Positions 9,523 to 19,090 of a stretch of 64,000 bases of DNA are shown piece by piece; the first letter of the stretch is position 1, and each line of letters starts with the position of its first letter. The notes below the pieces were generated by a model. That model saw nothing but the letters and a program-made list of their open reading frames with translations, ran no database searches and was not told the DNA's origin. Made by a program: the position numbers and the translations under genes. Origin of the DNA: Pseudomonadota bacterium. GTDB taxonomy: Bacteria; Pseudomonadota; Gammaproteobacteria; Pseudomonadales; Halomonadaceae. The stretch spans positions 656-64,655 of the forward strand of contig JBNJJK010000012.1 in NCBI GenBank assembly GCA_051750125.1, read 5' to 3'.

Positions 9523-10465
9523 GGGCGGTCTCAATGACCAAGTGCAACACCTAACCTATCAGGTAGGGTATTGCCATGACTCACTGTTATCGCCATCTTT
9601 CTGCTGCAGACAGAGCCGCTGTCGGCCTCGCCGTTGCCCAAAGCTGCTTCTCGATGGTGAGCTATTCGAGCTGGTCGTTTACCTGCTGCGCAAGTACTGG
9701 TCACCAGAGCAAATAGCCCGCACACTGAAGCGCATGTTTCCTGGTAACACTGACCGCCACGTCTAGCACGAAGCCATCTACAATGCTCTCTACCTCATGC
9801 CGCGCGGCACTCTCAAGAAAGAGCTGATTGCCTGTTTGCGCCAGGGTAACGGTAAACGACGCCCTCGCAGCCCTGGCAAGGATAGGCGGCAACAGATTCC
9901 TGACCTGGTGAGCATCCACCTGCGGCCACCTGAGATTGAAGACCGCCTGATGCCTGGCCACTGGGAGGGGGATCTCACCATTGGCGCTAACAATCGCTCT
10001 GCCGTTGGTACATTGGTGGAGCGCACGACGCGTTTAGTGATCCTGGCGAAAGTGGATGGCACCACGGCCACAGCGGCGGCTGTTGGCTTCAGCGACAAGC
10101 TCAATGAGGTGCCGCGCGCTCTACGCCTGTCCATGACCTATGACCAGGGCAAAGAGATGGTGAAACATGCCGAGATCACTCAGAAGACGGGGACAGCGAT
10201 CTACTTTGCCGACCCGCATAGCCCATGGCAGCGGGGTTCCAATGAGAACACCAACGGGCTGTTGAGACAGTACCTGCCAAAGGGCACGGACCTGTCGGTC
10301 TACAGTCAGGATGAGCTCGACGAGATCGCCGACTCACTCAATACACGGCCGCGCAAGACACTGGACTGGCGCACGCCGTTGGAAGTTTACGCCGAGGTAC
10401 TCAAGAAATCCGTCGCCGGCCCGAGCACGCTTCAATAGTTTTGCACTTGGAACTTGAGGCCGCCC
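9523..10465 (+). mobile_element. IS30 family insertion sequence, internally deleted
   Basis: 28-bp terminal inverted repeats, 23/28 identical (GGGCGGTCTCAATGACCAAGTGCAACAC vs GGGCGGCCTCAAGTTCCAAGTGCAAAAC), enclosing IS30 transposase remnants. No target duplication evident. Confidence 0.9.
9576..10438 (+). pseudogene. IS30 transposase pseudogene
   Basis: N-terminus MTHCYRHLSAADRAAV jumps frame at ~9620 to CRPRR...WSPEQIA; in-frame TAG at 9764-9766. DDE part (GHWEGD, TYDQGKE, RGSNENTNG) intact. Confidence 0.9.
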
Positions 10466-10769
10466 AGCTAGGCCAGAATGAAAAGGATACTCAACAACTT
10501 TAAGGAGGTCGGAAGTTGACCAGTGTCCACTCTTGCCGGGTAAGATCAATGAGACAGACTAGACAATACCCGACGGGCAAACCCGATAGTGTTGCCAGGC
10601 TAACGCGATTTGTTATCGCCCGCGCGAACGGGTACTTTTTACCGAAATTTGGTTAAAAAAGATACCGAGCGTAATAAGGTGTGCGGACAAGACAAAGGCG
10701 ACGTCATAAACGATGCCCTCGGCCCCGGCGGTCACGAATATCTTCTACTTTTTTTTAAGGATACGAACC

Positions 10770-11192
10770 ATGAGTCAGGCACATAGGGTGCTATTGGTCG
10801 AAGATGATCAGGCCGATGCTTACATCACGCATAAGGTCTTTCGAGATATTGCAGAAGATATTGCCCTGTCGCATACGGAAACGGGCGAAAGCGCGCTGGA
10901 ATGGCTAGCGGCGCGCCAAAAAGAAGGCACGCTGCCCGACCTTATCCTGCTGGACCTCAACATGCCAAGGATGGATGGCTTTACCTTTCTTGAGCAGGCC
11001 AAAGGGCAAGAGAGACTGCGTTCAATTCCCGTGGTGGTATTAACCACATCGGCATCGCAAGGCGATGTCGATCGTGCCTATGCCCTCGGAGCGGCGGGCT
11101 ATGTGGTGAAGCCAAGCAGCATTGATGACTTCACCCACTACATGCAGCGGTTAGTCAGCTACTGGTTCAGCTTGGTAAAGCGGCCTGATTAG
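10770..11192 (+). CDS. Single-domain response regulator (Rcp1-like receiver)
   Basis: LLVEDD, PDLILLDLNMPRMDG, PVVVLTTS, YVVKP; AAGGA RBS before ATG 10770. Confidence 0.92.
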   Translation: MSQAHRVLLVEDDQADAYITHKVFRDIAEDIALSHTETGESALEWLAARQKEGTLPDLILLDLNMPRMDGFTFLEQAKGQERLRSIPVVVLTTSASQGDVDRAYALGAAGYVVKPSSIDDFTHYMQRLVSYWFSLVKRPD

Positions 11193-11215
11193 GACACGAT
11201 TTCTTATAGGTAACC

Positions 11216-12547
11216 ATGATGCAAAAATTATCCGTCGTACTGGTTGAGGATGAGCCGGGCGATGCTGGTTTAATCCAGTATAGCCTGAAGTTTACTAAAG
11301 GAGATCACGAAGTCCACTGGTTGACCAGTCTGGAAGATCTCAACACGCACCTTAGAGCGACAACGTCGGCTCCTGACGTCATTCTGCTCGACCTAAACCT
11401 GCCTGACTCTAGTGGGCTTGACACCATCTCACGCTGCAAAGCAATGGCGCGCGGTATACCCATTGTGGTATTGACCGGCCACGATGATATGGACTTTTCA
11501 CTTAAAGCATTGGAGACGGGAGCCCAAGATTACCTGATCAAAAATAATGTCGAAGCGGATGCGCTTTTACGTGCGATGCGTTACGCCATGGAGCGCCACC
11601 AGCTCGAACGGCGCTTAAAAGAGTCCGAAGAGCTGACGACAGCTGCCATCGAAGGAGGTGGCCTAGGTATCTGGGAGTGGAACCTAAAAACGGATGCCTG
11701 CTACACCAGCGAGCGCTTGCGGAAAAACGCAGGATTCGATGTGGATGATGACACCGCGCCGCAAACATTATCGGAGTGGATGACGCGAACGCACCCTGAC
11801 GACACTGACGCTATCGATGAGGCGCTCAAGCGCCATGTGAAGGGTGAAGAGAAGCGATATGAAATCGAGTACCGACTCAAGCACAAACAAGGGCACTGGG
11901 TCTGGGTATTTGAGTCCGGTCATTTAGTCAGCCGTGATGCAGAAGGCAACCCGGAGCGAATGGTGGGCATCCTGCAAGACATCTCTTCTCGCAAGGAAAT
12001 GGAAGAGCAGCTGCGCACGCTTGCCATGCGCGATCCCTTAACAGGGCTTTTCAACCGCCGCAGCTTCATGGAAACCATGGACAGCGAATACGGCCGGGTC
12101 AAACGGCATAACGATTATCACACCAGCATATTGATGATGGATATCGATCACTTTAAGCACGTTAACGATACCTATGGCCACGCCGCGGGCGATGACATTC
12201 TCAAGAGCTTTGCTCGCACGATTACCAACAACCTGCGCGAAAATGACGTATTCGGTCGCCTAGGCGGGGAAGAGTTTGCGATTTTACTACCGGATACCGA
12301 CCAAGACGGCAGCACTCATGTTGCTGAAAAAGTGCGGGCCGCTGTCGAAGCCATGCGCGTACAAGCGGAAGATGAAACGATCCGTATCACCACCAGCGTC
12401 GGCATAGCCATGCTATCGGCCAACGACAAACGGCCCGACGGTGCCCTTGCCCGTGCGGATGCCGCGCTTTACCGTGCGAAACAAAATGGACGTAATCGGG
12501 TTGATCAGGCAAAAAGCTCAGCTGATACACCCATAGCATCGGAATAA
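11216..12547 (+). CDS. REC-PAS-GGDEF diguanylate cyclase
   Basis: Receiver (LVEDE, LLDLNLPD), PAS/PAC (GIWEWN..HPDD..YRLKHKQGHWVWV), intact GGEEF with RxxD I-site (REND). Confidence 0.93.
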   Translation: MMQKLSVVLVEDEPGDAGLIQYSLKFTKGDHEVHWLTSLEDLNTHLRATTSAPDVILLDLNLPDSSGLDTISRCKAMARGIPIVVLTGHDDMDFSLKALETGAQDYLIKNNVEADALLRAMRYAMERHQLERRLKESEELTTAAIEGGGLGIWEWNLKTDACYTSERLRKNAGFDVDDDTAPQTLSEWMTRTHPDDTDAIDEALKRHVKGEEKRYEIEYRLKHKQGHWVWVFESGHLVSRDAEGNPERMVGILQDISSRKEMEEQLRTLAMRDPLTGLFNRRSFMETMDSEYGRVKRHNDYHTSILMMDIDHFKHVNDTYGHAAGDDILKSFARTITNNLRENDVFGRLGGEEFAILLPDTDQDGSTHVAEKVRAAVEAMRVQAEDETIRITTSVGIAMLSANDKRPDGALARADAALYRAKQNGRNRVDQAKSSADTPIASE

Positions 12548-12587
12548 CGTATTGATATCGCACACTGATACAGCAAAGGACACCTCA

Positions 12588-15557
12588 ATGCCCTTACCTG
12601 CTTGCCTCCGTTCGCTGATACGGGGGTTATTGGCCGCGACGCTAATACTTTCACAGGCTGCGGTGGCCGCCCCCTCGACAACGCTGGGTGTTTTTGCATA
12701 CCGCGACGTTGAAACGGTTCGCGAGCAGTTCGCCCCTGCGATTGAGGCGATGCAGCGGGCGCTTCCGCGTCATCAGGTGCACATGCAGGTGTTGTCACTT
12801 GAGGCGCTGGATGACGCACTCGAAGCGGGCAACATCGACTTTATTCTCACCAATCCGCGCCATTTTTTAGCCGTGCGGCAGCAATATAATGTCAGTGGCG
12901 CCTTGGCGACGCTCAAGGCATACCAGGGCGGCCGTAGCCTAAGCTTGCTCGCCGGCGTCATACTTGCCCCAGCTGAAGCCAACATAGAAACACTGGCTGA
13001 ACTCGAGGGGCGCATCATCGGCGTGCCCGGCAAACGTTTTCTTGGCGGGTTTCTTACCCAAGCCTATGAAATACATCAGCAAGGGTACGATCCTGAGCGC
13101 TTTGCCGACTACCGAGAGCTCGGTTCTCACGACGCGGTCATGCAGGCACTGCTGAACGGCCAGATTGACGCCGGCTTTGTGCGCAGCGGCATTTTGGAAG
13201 ATTGGTTAGCGAGCGGACGCTTAGCGCCGAATACGCTTAATGTCATACACAAGCACTCGTTGCACTCGCATACACGCCTCCCACTGGCACATTCCACCCG
13301 GCTCTATCCGGAGTGGGCACTGGCCGCCATGCCGCATGTGCCAATGGAAGATATCCGCCGCGTCAGCAACGCCCTCTTGCAGCTTGATGGCGTCGTGCCG
13401 AATGGTAATAACTCGGTTGGATTCGACCCTCCGCAGGACTATCTCTCGGTTGAGTTGGCGGCGCGCGCCCTCGGCGTTGCGCCTTTCGCGGCAACGCCTC
13501 AAACGCTTTGGCAGCAGCTGAAATCTCGCTTCGGCACTGCCATATGGCTACCGATAGCTCTTGCAGCGGCGTGCATATTGTTGCTAGCGCTTTTTATCGG
13601 GCTTTATATTCGTAAATCTCGGCTATTTGAACGCTTTACTGCTCTGTTTTACTACTCACCGAGTGCCAAGTTACTGCTGCATACCGACGAACAGGGTCGC
13701 TTTGTCATTGCAGAAAGCAATTACGCAGCGCTATCGCTGTTTAAAGCGCAAAACACTGACGACTTACTTGGCAAGGACATTATCGATCTCTCGCCTAACA
13801 CGCAGCCTAACGGCCAATCCTCCATCGCTCGCGTGAGAGAACTACTAACAAAAGCCTCCCAACAGCGCCAGCGTTTCATCTGGGAGCACAAAGACCTACA
13901 GGGCGCGCCCATTCTAGTCGAAGCCGTATTGATTAAGTTTACACACAACACGTTACTGGATGTGTTGCATCAAAAACCAACATTTTTGGTAGCCCTACAC
14001 GACATCACCGAACACGAGAATGCCCGTATCAAACTAGAAGAAGAACGCAATGCGCTGCAAAACATCCTATGGGGCACCGCGGCTGGCACCTGGGAATGGA
14101 ACGTTCAAACGGGCGAAACACGCTTCAACGAACGCTGGGCCGAGATGGTGGGATATCGCCTTGATGAACTGAGACCTACCACCATCGATACGTGGATGTC
14201 GTTCTGCCACCCCGACGATCTCAAGCGTTCGGAAGCGTTACTAACCGAGCACTTTGAAGGCAAGCGTGATGCCTACGATTTTGAAGCACGCATGCAACAC
14301 CGTGACGGCCACTGGATCTGGGTGCAAGATCGTGGCCGCGTCATTACACGCACCGAGGCCGGTGAGCCGCTATGGGTCGCCGGTACGCATACGGACATCA
14401 CCGCACGCAAAGAGGCCGAAGCACGCGCCAACGCCGCCATGGAACAGACACGCAAGCATGCGGCGCTGCTGCCGGGCATGTTGTACCAGTTCTGGCATCA
14501 CCCCGATGGGCGCAGCGCCTTCCCCTACGCCAGCGTTGGTATTCAAGATATCTATGGCTTTACACCCGAGGAGGTGCAAGAAAATGCCAGCGCGGTATTC
14601 GATGTCATTGCCCCTGAAGACGTCGCGGCGGTAGCCGACAGTATTTCCACCTCGGCCACTGAACTAACCACATGGCGACAGACATATCGCATCAACCACC
14701 CCGACGGCCAGCAAATATGGGTCGAAGGCATTGCCACGCCTGAGCGGTTGGATGATGGCAGCACCATGTGGCATGGCTACTTACGCGACGTCACCGATGA
14801 GCACACGACCCAGTTGCAGCTTGAGCAGTATCGCGAATCGCTTGAGCGCTCTAATAAAGAGCTTGAGCACTTTGCTTACGCCGCGTCGCACGACCTTCGC
14901 CAGCCGCTGCGTATGGTGACCAGCTACGCCCAACTGCTGGAACGCCACCTCGGCGGGCTCGATGAAGACGGCGAAATGATGCTGCACTATATGCGCGATG
15001 GCGCAAAGCGTATGGACGACATGTTGCTATCGCTGCTGGACTACTCGCGCGTGGGGCGCAAGGGGCAACCCATGCAGGATATGCCATTAAAGGATGCCCT
15101 TGATGAAGCGCTGCATTTTTTGACACCGGATATCGAGCAAGCCAATGCCGCCATCAAAGTGACGGGAGACTGGCCCACCGTTAATGCCAGCCCTGATGAG
15201 ATGACGCGGCTATTCCAAAACCTGGTCAGCAACGCCCTGAAATATTGCTCACCAGACAGCAACGCCGTGGACGTCACCATCGACAGCAAAGCGCTGACCG
15301 ATAGACAACAGTGGCAAATCAGCGTGACGGATAACGGCATCGGCATCCCCCCAGATCAGATTGAGCGCTTGTTCAAAGTGTTTCAGCGCCTACACACCCG
15401 AGAGCAGTACGAGGGCACCGGTGTGGGCTTGGCCGTATGCCGCAAAATTGTCGAGCGCCACGGCGGGCAAATTTGGGTGGAATCCGAGGGGGAAGGCAAA
15501 GGAAGCCGTTTCACGCTAACACTCCCCATGAAACTCACCACAAAAGGGGAAACATGA
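12588..15557 (+). CDS. Sensor histidine kinase: periplasmic PhnD/phosphonate-binding-like domain, TM, three PAS, HisKA, HATPase
   Basis: Signal peptide ending AAVAA, PBP-like region with LYPEW, TM AIWLPIALAAACILLLALFIGLYI, H-box ASHDLRQP, N/G1/G2 boxes (QNLVSNA, DNGIGI, GTGVGLA). Confidence 0.9.
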   Translation: MPLPACLRSLIRGLLAATLILSQAAVAAPSTTLGVFAYRDVETVREQFAPAIEAMQRALPRHQVHMQVLSLEALDDALEAGNIDFILTNPRHFLAVRQQYNVSGALATLKAYQGGRSLSLLAGVILAPAEANIETLAELEGRIIGVPGKRFLGGFLTQAYEIHQQGYDPERFADYRELGSHDAVMQALLNGQIDAGFVRSGILEDWLASGRLAPNTLNVIHKHSLHSHTRLPLAHSTRLYPEWALAAMPHVPMEDIRRVSNALLQLDGVVPNGNNSVGFDPPQDYLSVELAARALGVAPFAATPQTLWQQLKSRFGTAIWLPIALAAACILLLALFIGLYIRKSRLFERFTALFYYSPSAKLLLHTDEQGRFVIAESNYAALSLFKAQNTDDLLGKDIIDLSPNTQPNGQSSIARVRELLTKASQQRQRFIWEHKDLQGAPILVEAVLIKFTHNTLLDVLHQKPTFLVALHDITEHENARIKLEEERNALQNILWGTAAGTWEWNVQTGETRFNERWAEMVGYRLDELRPTTIDTWMSFCHPDDLKRSEALLTEHFEGKRDAYDFEARMQHRDGHWIWVQDRGRVITRTEAGEPLWVAGTHTDITARKEAEARANAAMEQTRKHAALLPGMLYQFWHHPDGRSAFPYASVGIQDIYGFTPEEVQENASAVFDVIAPEDVAAVADSISTSATELTTWRQTYRINHPDGQQIWVEGIATPERLDDGSTMWHGYLRDVTDEHTTQLQLEQYRESLERSNKELEHFAYAASHDLRQPLRMVTSYAQLLERHLGGLDEDGEMMLHYMRDGAKRMDDMLLSLLDYSRVGRKGQPMQDMPLKDALDEALHFLTPDIEQANAAIKVTGDWPTVNASPDEMTRLFQNLVSNALKYCSPDSNAVDVTIDSKALTDRQQWQISVTDNGIGIPPDQIERLFKVFQRLHTREQYEGTGVGLAVCRKIVERHGGQIWVESEGEGKGSRFTLTLPMKLTTKGET

Positions 15558-16921
15558 TGCGGCGAACTCGGCGTTTATGCCTTGCCATCTGTGCCATTGC
15601 CCTTTCGTGGCTGCCGGTGACAGGTTGGGCCATGTTGGACTTTAAAACATTTTTCGAGGAACACTCGACGCCGATGTGGATGCTTTCTGTCGATAACGGA
15701 GAAATTTTGGAAGCTAATCGGGCAGCAGAAGATTTTTACGGCTTCGAGCAGCTAGAGGGCATGCATATTGATCAAATCAACATGCTGACGCCGGAGCAAT
15801 TAGAAGAAGAACTAAAGCGTGTTGCGCAAGCCGAGCGCAATCACCTTTACTTTCGCCATCGTCTCGCCAATGGCGAAGTCAAGGTAATGGGCGTATATAC
15901 TGATCGTTACAACGTCGATGGGCGTGAGGTGATGATCTCTTCGCTTTACGATACCAGTGAATTTGAAAGCTCCGCCGAGCGGCACTATATCGAACGCGTG
16001 GAGGAGCAGGTCGACTTACAAACGCAACAACTTCAAGCTTCACGGCAACGGACGCTTTGGCTGGCGATGGGAGCGACCCTGCTGCAGCTTGGGGTCATCG
16101 CCATTCTCTTGGTGATTTTGCAACGCTTACGTCGCTCTCAGCGAGAAAACCGCCGCTTGATCGACGAACTTTCCTTTCGCAACCAGGAGCTTGAGCGCTT
16201 AAGTCATGTGATGGCGCATCACTTTCAGGAGCCCAGCCGGCGGCTCGTCAGCTTCGCCCAGCAGCTGTCCCAACAGCTCTCTCAAAAACCGCCCCAACAA
16301 TCGTCTCAACAACCGTCTCAACACAATTCTCGGCTGCTTACTGAGGCGGATAACGAAGAGGTGTTGATGGCCGTGGGCTTTATCGAGCGGCAGGCCAAAC
16401 AGCTCAAGGAACTGGTCAGTGAGATTCAGAGCTATCTCAGCCTCGATATCACGCCAAAGCCGGAAACACTCGAACCGGAACGAGTGATTGAAGCAGTCTG
16501 CCATCGTGACCCAGAGCTTGCAGAGATAAGCCGTGCCGGCGCAGTGGAAATTCCTCAGCGACTGCCGCCGGTAAACGCGGATGCACGCCAGCTCAAAATG
16601 ATTTTCCGCGCCCTGTTGCACAACGCCTGGCTTTACCGCGACCCTGAACGCCCCCTCAGGATTCGAATCACGGCACGTACGCTCGGTGAACGCGTAGAAT
16701 TTCGCGTCGAGGACAACGGCAGCGGTATTGCCCCTGAGTATCGCGAACAGGTATTAGAAATATTCTCGCGCTTAGTACCGCATAGCGAACAGTACCCAGG
16801 CACCGGGATGGGGCTCGCCCTGGTGGTAAAAGCCCTGCGCAATGTCGAGGGGCATATCGCTATCGAAGAAGGGATCTCAAGCGGCACCGCCATTATTTTC
16901 GACCTACCACGCGCAAGGTGA
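15554..16921 (+). CDS. Sensor histidine kinase: signal peptide, PAS-like domain, TM, HisKA with Q-rich insertion, HATPase
   Basis: ATGA overlap with the upstream stop; H-box MAHHFQEP; LLHNA, DNGSGI, GTGMGLA. Confidence 0.88.
   Translation: MMRRTRRLCLAICAIALSWLPVTGWAMLDFKTFFEEHSTPMWMLSVDNGEILEANRAAEDFYGFEQLEGMHIDQINMLTPEQLEEELKRVAQAERNHLYFRHRLANGEVKVMGVYTDRYNVDGREVMISSLYDTSEFESSAERHYIERVEEQVDLQTQQLQASRQRTLWLAMGATLLQLGVIAILLVILQRLRRSQRENRRLIDELSFRNQELERLSHVMAHHFQEPSRRLVSFAQQLSQQLSQKPPQQSSQQPSQHNSRLLTEADNEEVLMAVGFIERQAKQLKELVSEIQSYLSLDITPKPETLEPERVIEAVCHRDPELAEISRAGAVEIPQRLPPVNADARQLKMIFRALLHNAWLYRDPERPLRIRITARTLGERVEFRVEDNGSGIAPEYREQVLEIFSRLVPHSEQYPGTGMGLALVVKALRNVEGHIAIEEGISSGTAIIFDLPRAR
16259..16330 (+). 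repeat. Six degenerate 12-bp tandem repeats inside the kinase DHp domain
   Basis: cagcagctgtcc caacagctctct caaaaaccgccc caacaatcgtct caacaaccgtct caacacaattct, encoding QQLS QQLS QKPP QQSS QQPS QHNS. Confidence 0.85.
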
Positions 16922-16927
16922 AGTGTT

Positions 16928-17359
16928 GTGACAATGGAAAGTGATTTTACCGTTCTTCTGGTTGAAGACGAACCGGCTGATGTCCACCTGACAAGGATGG
17001 CCTTCAAGCAGAGCCGGCTGCTGGTCAACGTATACGATGTCGGTGACGGGGTTGAAGCATTGGCCTTTTTACGCCGTGAAGGCAAGTACCATGATGCCCC
17101 ATGGCCGGATATTATCCTGCTAGATCTCAACATGCCGCGAATGGACGGCAAGACCTTTCTCGATCATTTAAAACGGGATGAAACGCTAAAACGTATTCCT
17201 GTCATTGTCCTTACCACGTCAGAGGCAGAAACGGACGTTATGGATTCTTACAACCTTGGCTGCGCCGGTTTCGTCACCAAGCCTGTGGATCTTACGCAAT
17301 TTTTGAAGGCCATACAGAACGTCGAAGATTACTGGTTAACGCTGGTCAAACGGCCTTAG
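16928..17359 (+). CDS. Single-domain response regulator (Rcp1-like receiver)
   Basis: LLVEDE, PDIILLDLNMPRMDG, PVIVLTTS, FVTKP. Start is GTG 16928 or ATG 16934. Confidence 0.92.
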   Translation: MTMESDFTVLLVEDEPADVHLTRMAFKQSRLLVNVYDVGDGVEALAFLRREGKYHDAPWPDIILLDLNMPRMDGKTFLDHLKRDETLKRIPVIVLTTSEAETDVMDSYNLGCAGFVTKPVDLTQFLKAIQNVEDYWLTLVKRP

Positions 17360-17382
17360 CTGAACATACTGCGAGAACATTG

Positions 17383-18888
17383 ATGAGTGATAGCCCCGAG
17401 CACGCCGATTACGCCACGCTGGTTGAGCACCACCCGTTTATGCTCAATCGTTTTTTGCCGGATACCACGCTGGTTTACGTCAACTCGGCAATGGCCACCT
17501 TTTTTGAGGCTAACCCTGACGCACTGATTGGCAAACGCTGGTTGGACATGGTGGGTGAAGAAGAACGCCGTCAGTGGCATGAGCACTACGCCCAATTTAC
17601 GCCGGAGGCACCACGCCATCAGCTGATCAATTGCGTGGGAGGGTCAAAGGGTGATTCGCACTGGGTAGAGTGGACCAATACGGCGTTTTTCGGCGACGAC
17701 GGCTCGCTTATATTCATTCAAGCCGTCGGTATCGATGTGACCGCCCGCATGGAAGCCCGCACCGCCCTGGAAATAAATGAGGAGCGCTACGCGCTTGCTC
17801 AGCAAGCCGCAGGGTTCGGCGTTTGGGAGTGGCACCCTGAACGCGATGAAATTGTTTGGGACTCTCAATGCTACCGTATGCTCGGGCTTTTGCCTTCTGA
17901 TAAACCGCTCACGTTCGCCGAGTGGCAGGCACGATTGCACCCCGACGATGTCGAGTGCTGCAGCAAAGCAGTGAACGAGCAGCTGCTTGAAGGGAACGAA
18001 TTCATCATTGAGTTTCGCTACCAAACGGCCAGTGGCTACCTCTGGGTACAGGGGCGCGGCCAAGTGTTCGAACGCGATACATCTGGGGCACCGCTGCGTC
18101 TGATCGGTACTCATCTGGATATTCAATCGCTCAAATCTGTACAGCAAGAGCTGACACGCTCAAACCAAGAATTGGAGCAGTTTGCTTACGCGGTTTCGCA
18201 TGATTTGCGACAGCCACTACGCATGGTCAACAGCTACTTGCAGCTTTTAACCCGCGAGCTTGGCAACGACTTAAGCGATGATGCCCAAGAGATGATTCAT
18301 TTTGCCCGCGAGGGCGCTGAGCGCATGGACAAGATGATTTTGGGGATTCTCGACTACTCGCGCGTGGGACGTAAAACATCCCCAATGGAATGGGTCGACA
18401 GCCGCGCCGTGCTAGATGACGTCATGGGCTTTCTTAAACCCATGCTGACAGAAAGCGGCGGCCACGTTCACATCAAAGGCGACTGGCCCGAGGTTTACGC
18501 TAGCCGCGACGAGCTCACGCGGCTACTGCAGAACCTGCTGGATAATGCGCTAAAGTACGTAGAGAACGGCACGACCCCAGACGTCACCATCACCGGTCAC
18601 AAGCAAACGTACGAATGGCAGGTAGACGTGCAAGATAACGGCATCGGGATCGCACCGGAACAACAAGATCGACTCTTTGGTGTTTTTGCGCGTTTGCAGC
18701 CGCGCAGCCGCTTTGAGGGCACGGGTATTGGGCTCGCTATTTGCAAACGCGTCGTCGAACACCATGAGGGGAAGATTCACGTCACCTCGCCCGGCGAAGG
18801 TGATGGCAGCTGCTTTACCTTTACCCTGCCAATCATGCGACACTATCTAAACACTAGTGAGCTGGACACCTCTGACTCTGCCCTTTAA
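17383..18888 (+). CDS. Cytoplasmic PAS-PAS histidine kinase
   Basis: Two PAS/PAC domains, no TM, H-box VSHDLRQP, QNLLDNA, DNGIGI, GTGIGLA. Confidence 0.92.
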   Translation: MSDSPEHADYATLVEHHPFMLNRFLPDTTLVYVNSAMATFFEANPDALIGKRWLDMVGEEERRQWHEHYAQFTPEAPRHQLINCVGGSKGDSHWVEWTNTAFFGDDGSLIFIQAVGIDVTARMEARTALEINEERYALAQQAAGFGVWEWHPERDEIVWDSQCYRMLGLLPSDKPLTFAEWQARLHPDDVECCSKAVNEQLLEGNEFIIEFRYQTASGYLWVQGRGQVFERDTSGAPLRLIGTHLDIQSLKSVQQELTRSNQELEQFAYAVSHDLRQPLRMVNSYLQLLTRELGNDLSDDAQEMIHFAREGAERMDKMILGILDYSRVGRKTSPMEWVDSRAVLDDVMGFLKPMLTESGGHVHIKGDWPEVYASRDELTRLLQNLLDNALKYVENGTTPDVTITGHKQTYEWQVDVQDNGIGIAPEQQDRLFGVFARLQPRSRFEGTGIGLAICKRVVEHHEGKIHVTSPGEGDGSCFTFTLPIMRHYLNTSELDTSDSAL

Positions 18889-19090
18889 CACGGCATAAAT
18901 GCCATGAAGCCTCCCCTCGTGGTCGAGGTCATGCGGACGGCCCGCTACCTGATCCCAGAGGGCATATCGCTTGGAAGTGTTAATGGCTCCCCATCCTCTC
19001 AAGGTTTGGAGCCTCCCGGAATCCCGGTGTGTTTTAGGCGATTCAGAAAGCCTTGAAAAAATAGATGATAGGTAAGCGCTGCTCAGGAAT

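Noticed and set aside
10570-10620. GGGCAAACC upstream of the c-di-GMP operon, suggesting a c-di-GMP-I (GEMM) riboswitch
   Set aside because: The required GAAA-capped stem and GGACGCAAAGC segment do not follow; only a 9-nt resemblance.
10749-10756. T8 run just before the RBS of the first response regulator (possible phase variation)
   Set aside because: Short, outside any coding frame or mapped promoter spacer; no evidence of variability.
19007-19045. TGGAGCCTCCCGGAATCCCGG...GGCGATTCA resembling an IS3-family right end
   Set aside because: Interrupted, with no convincing left IR and no transposase remnant; at most an old scar.
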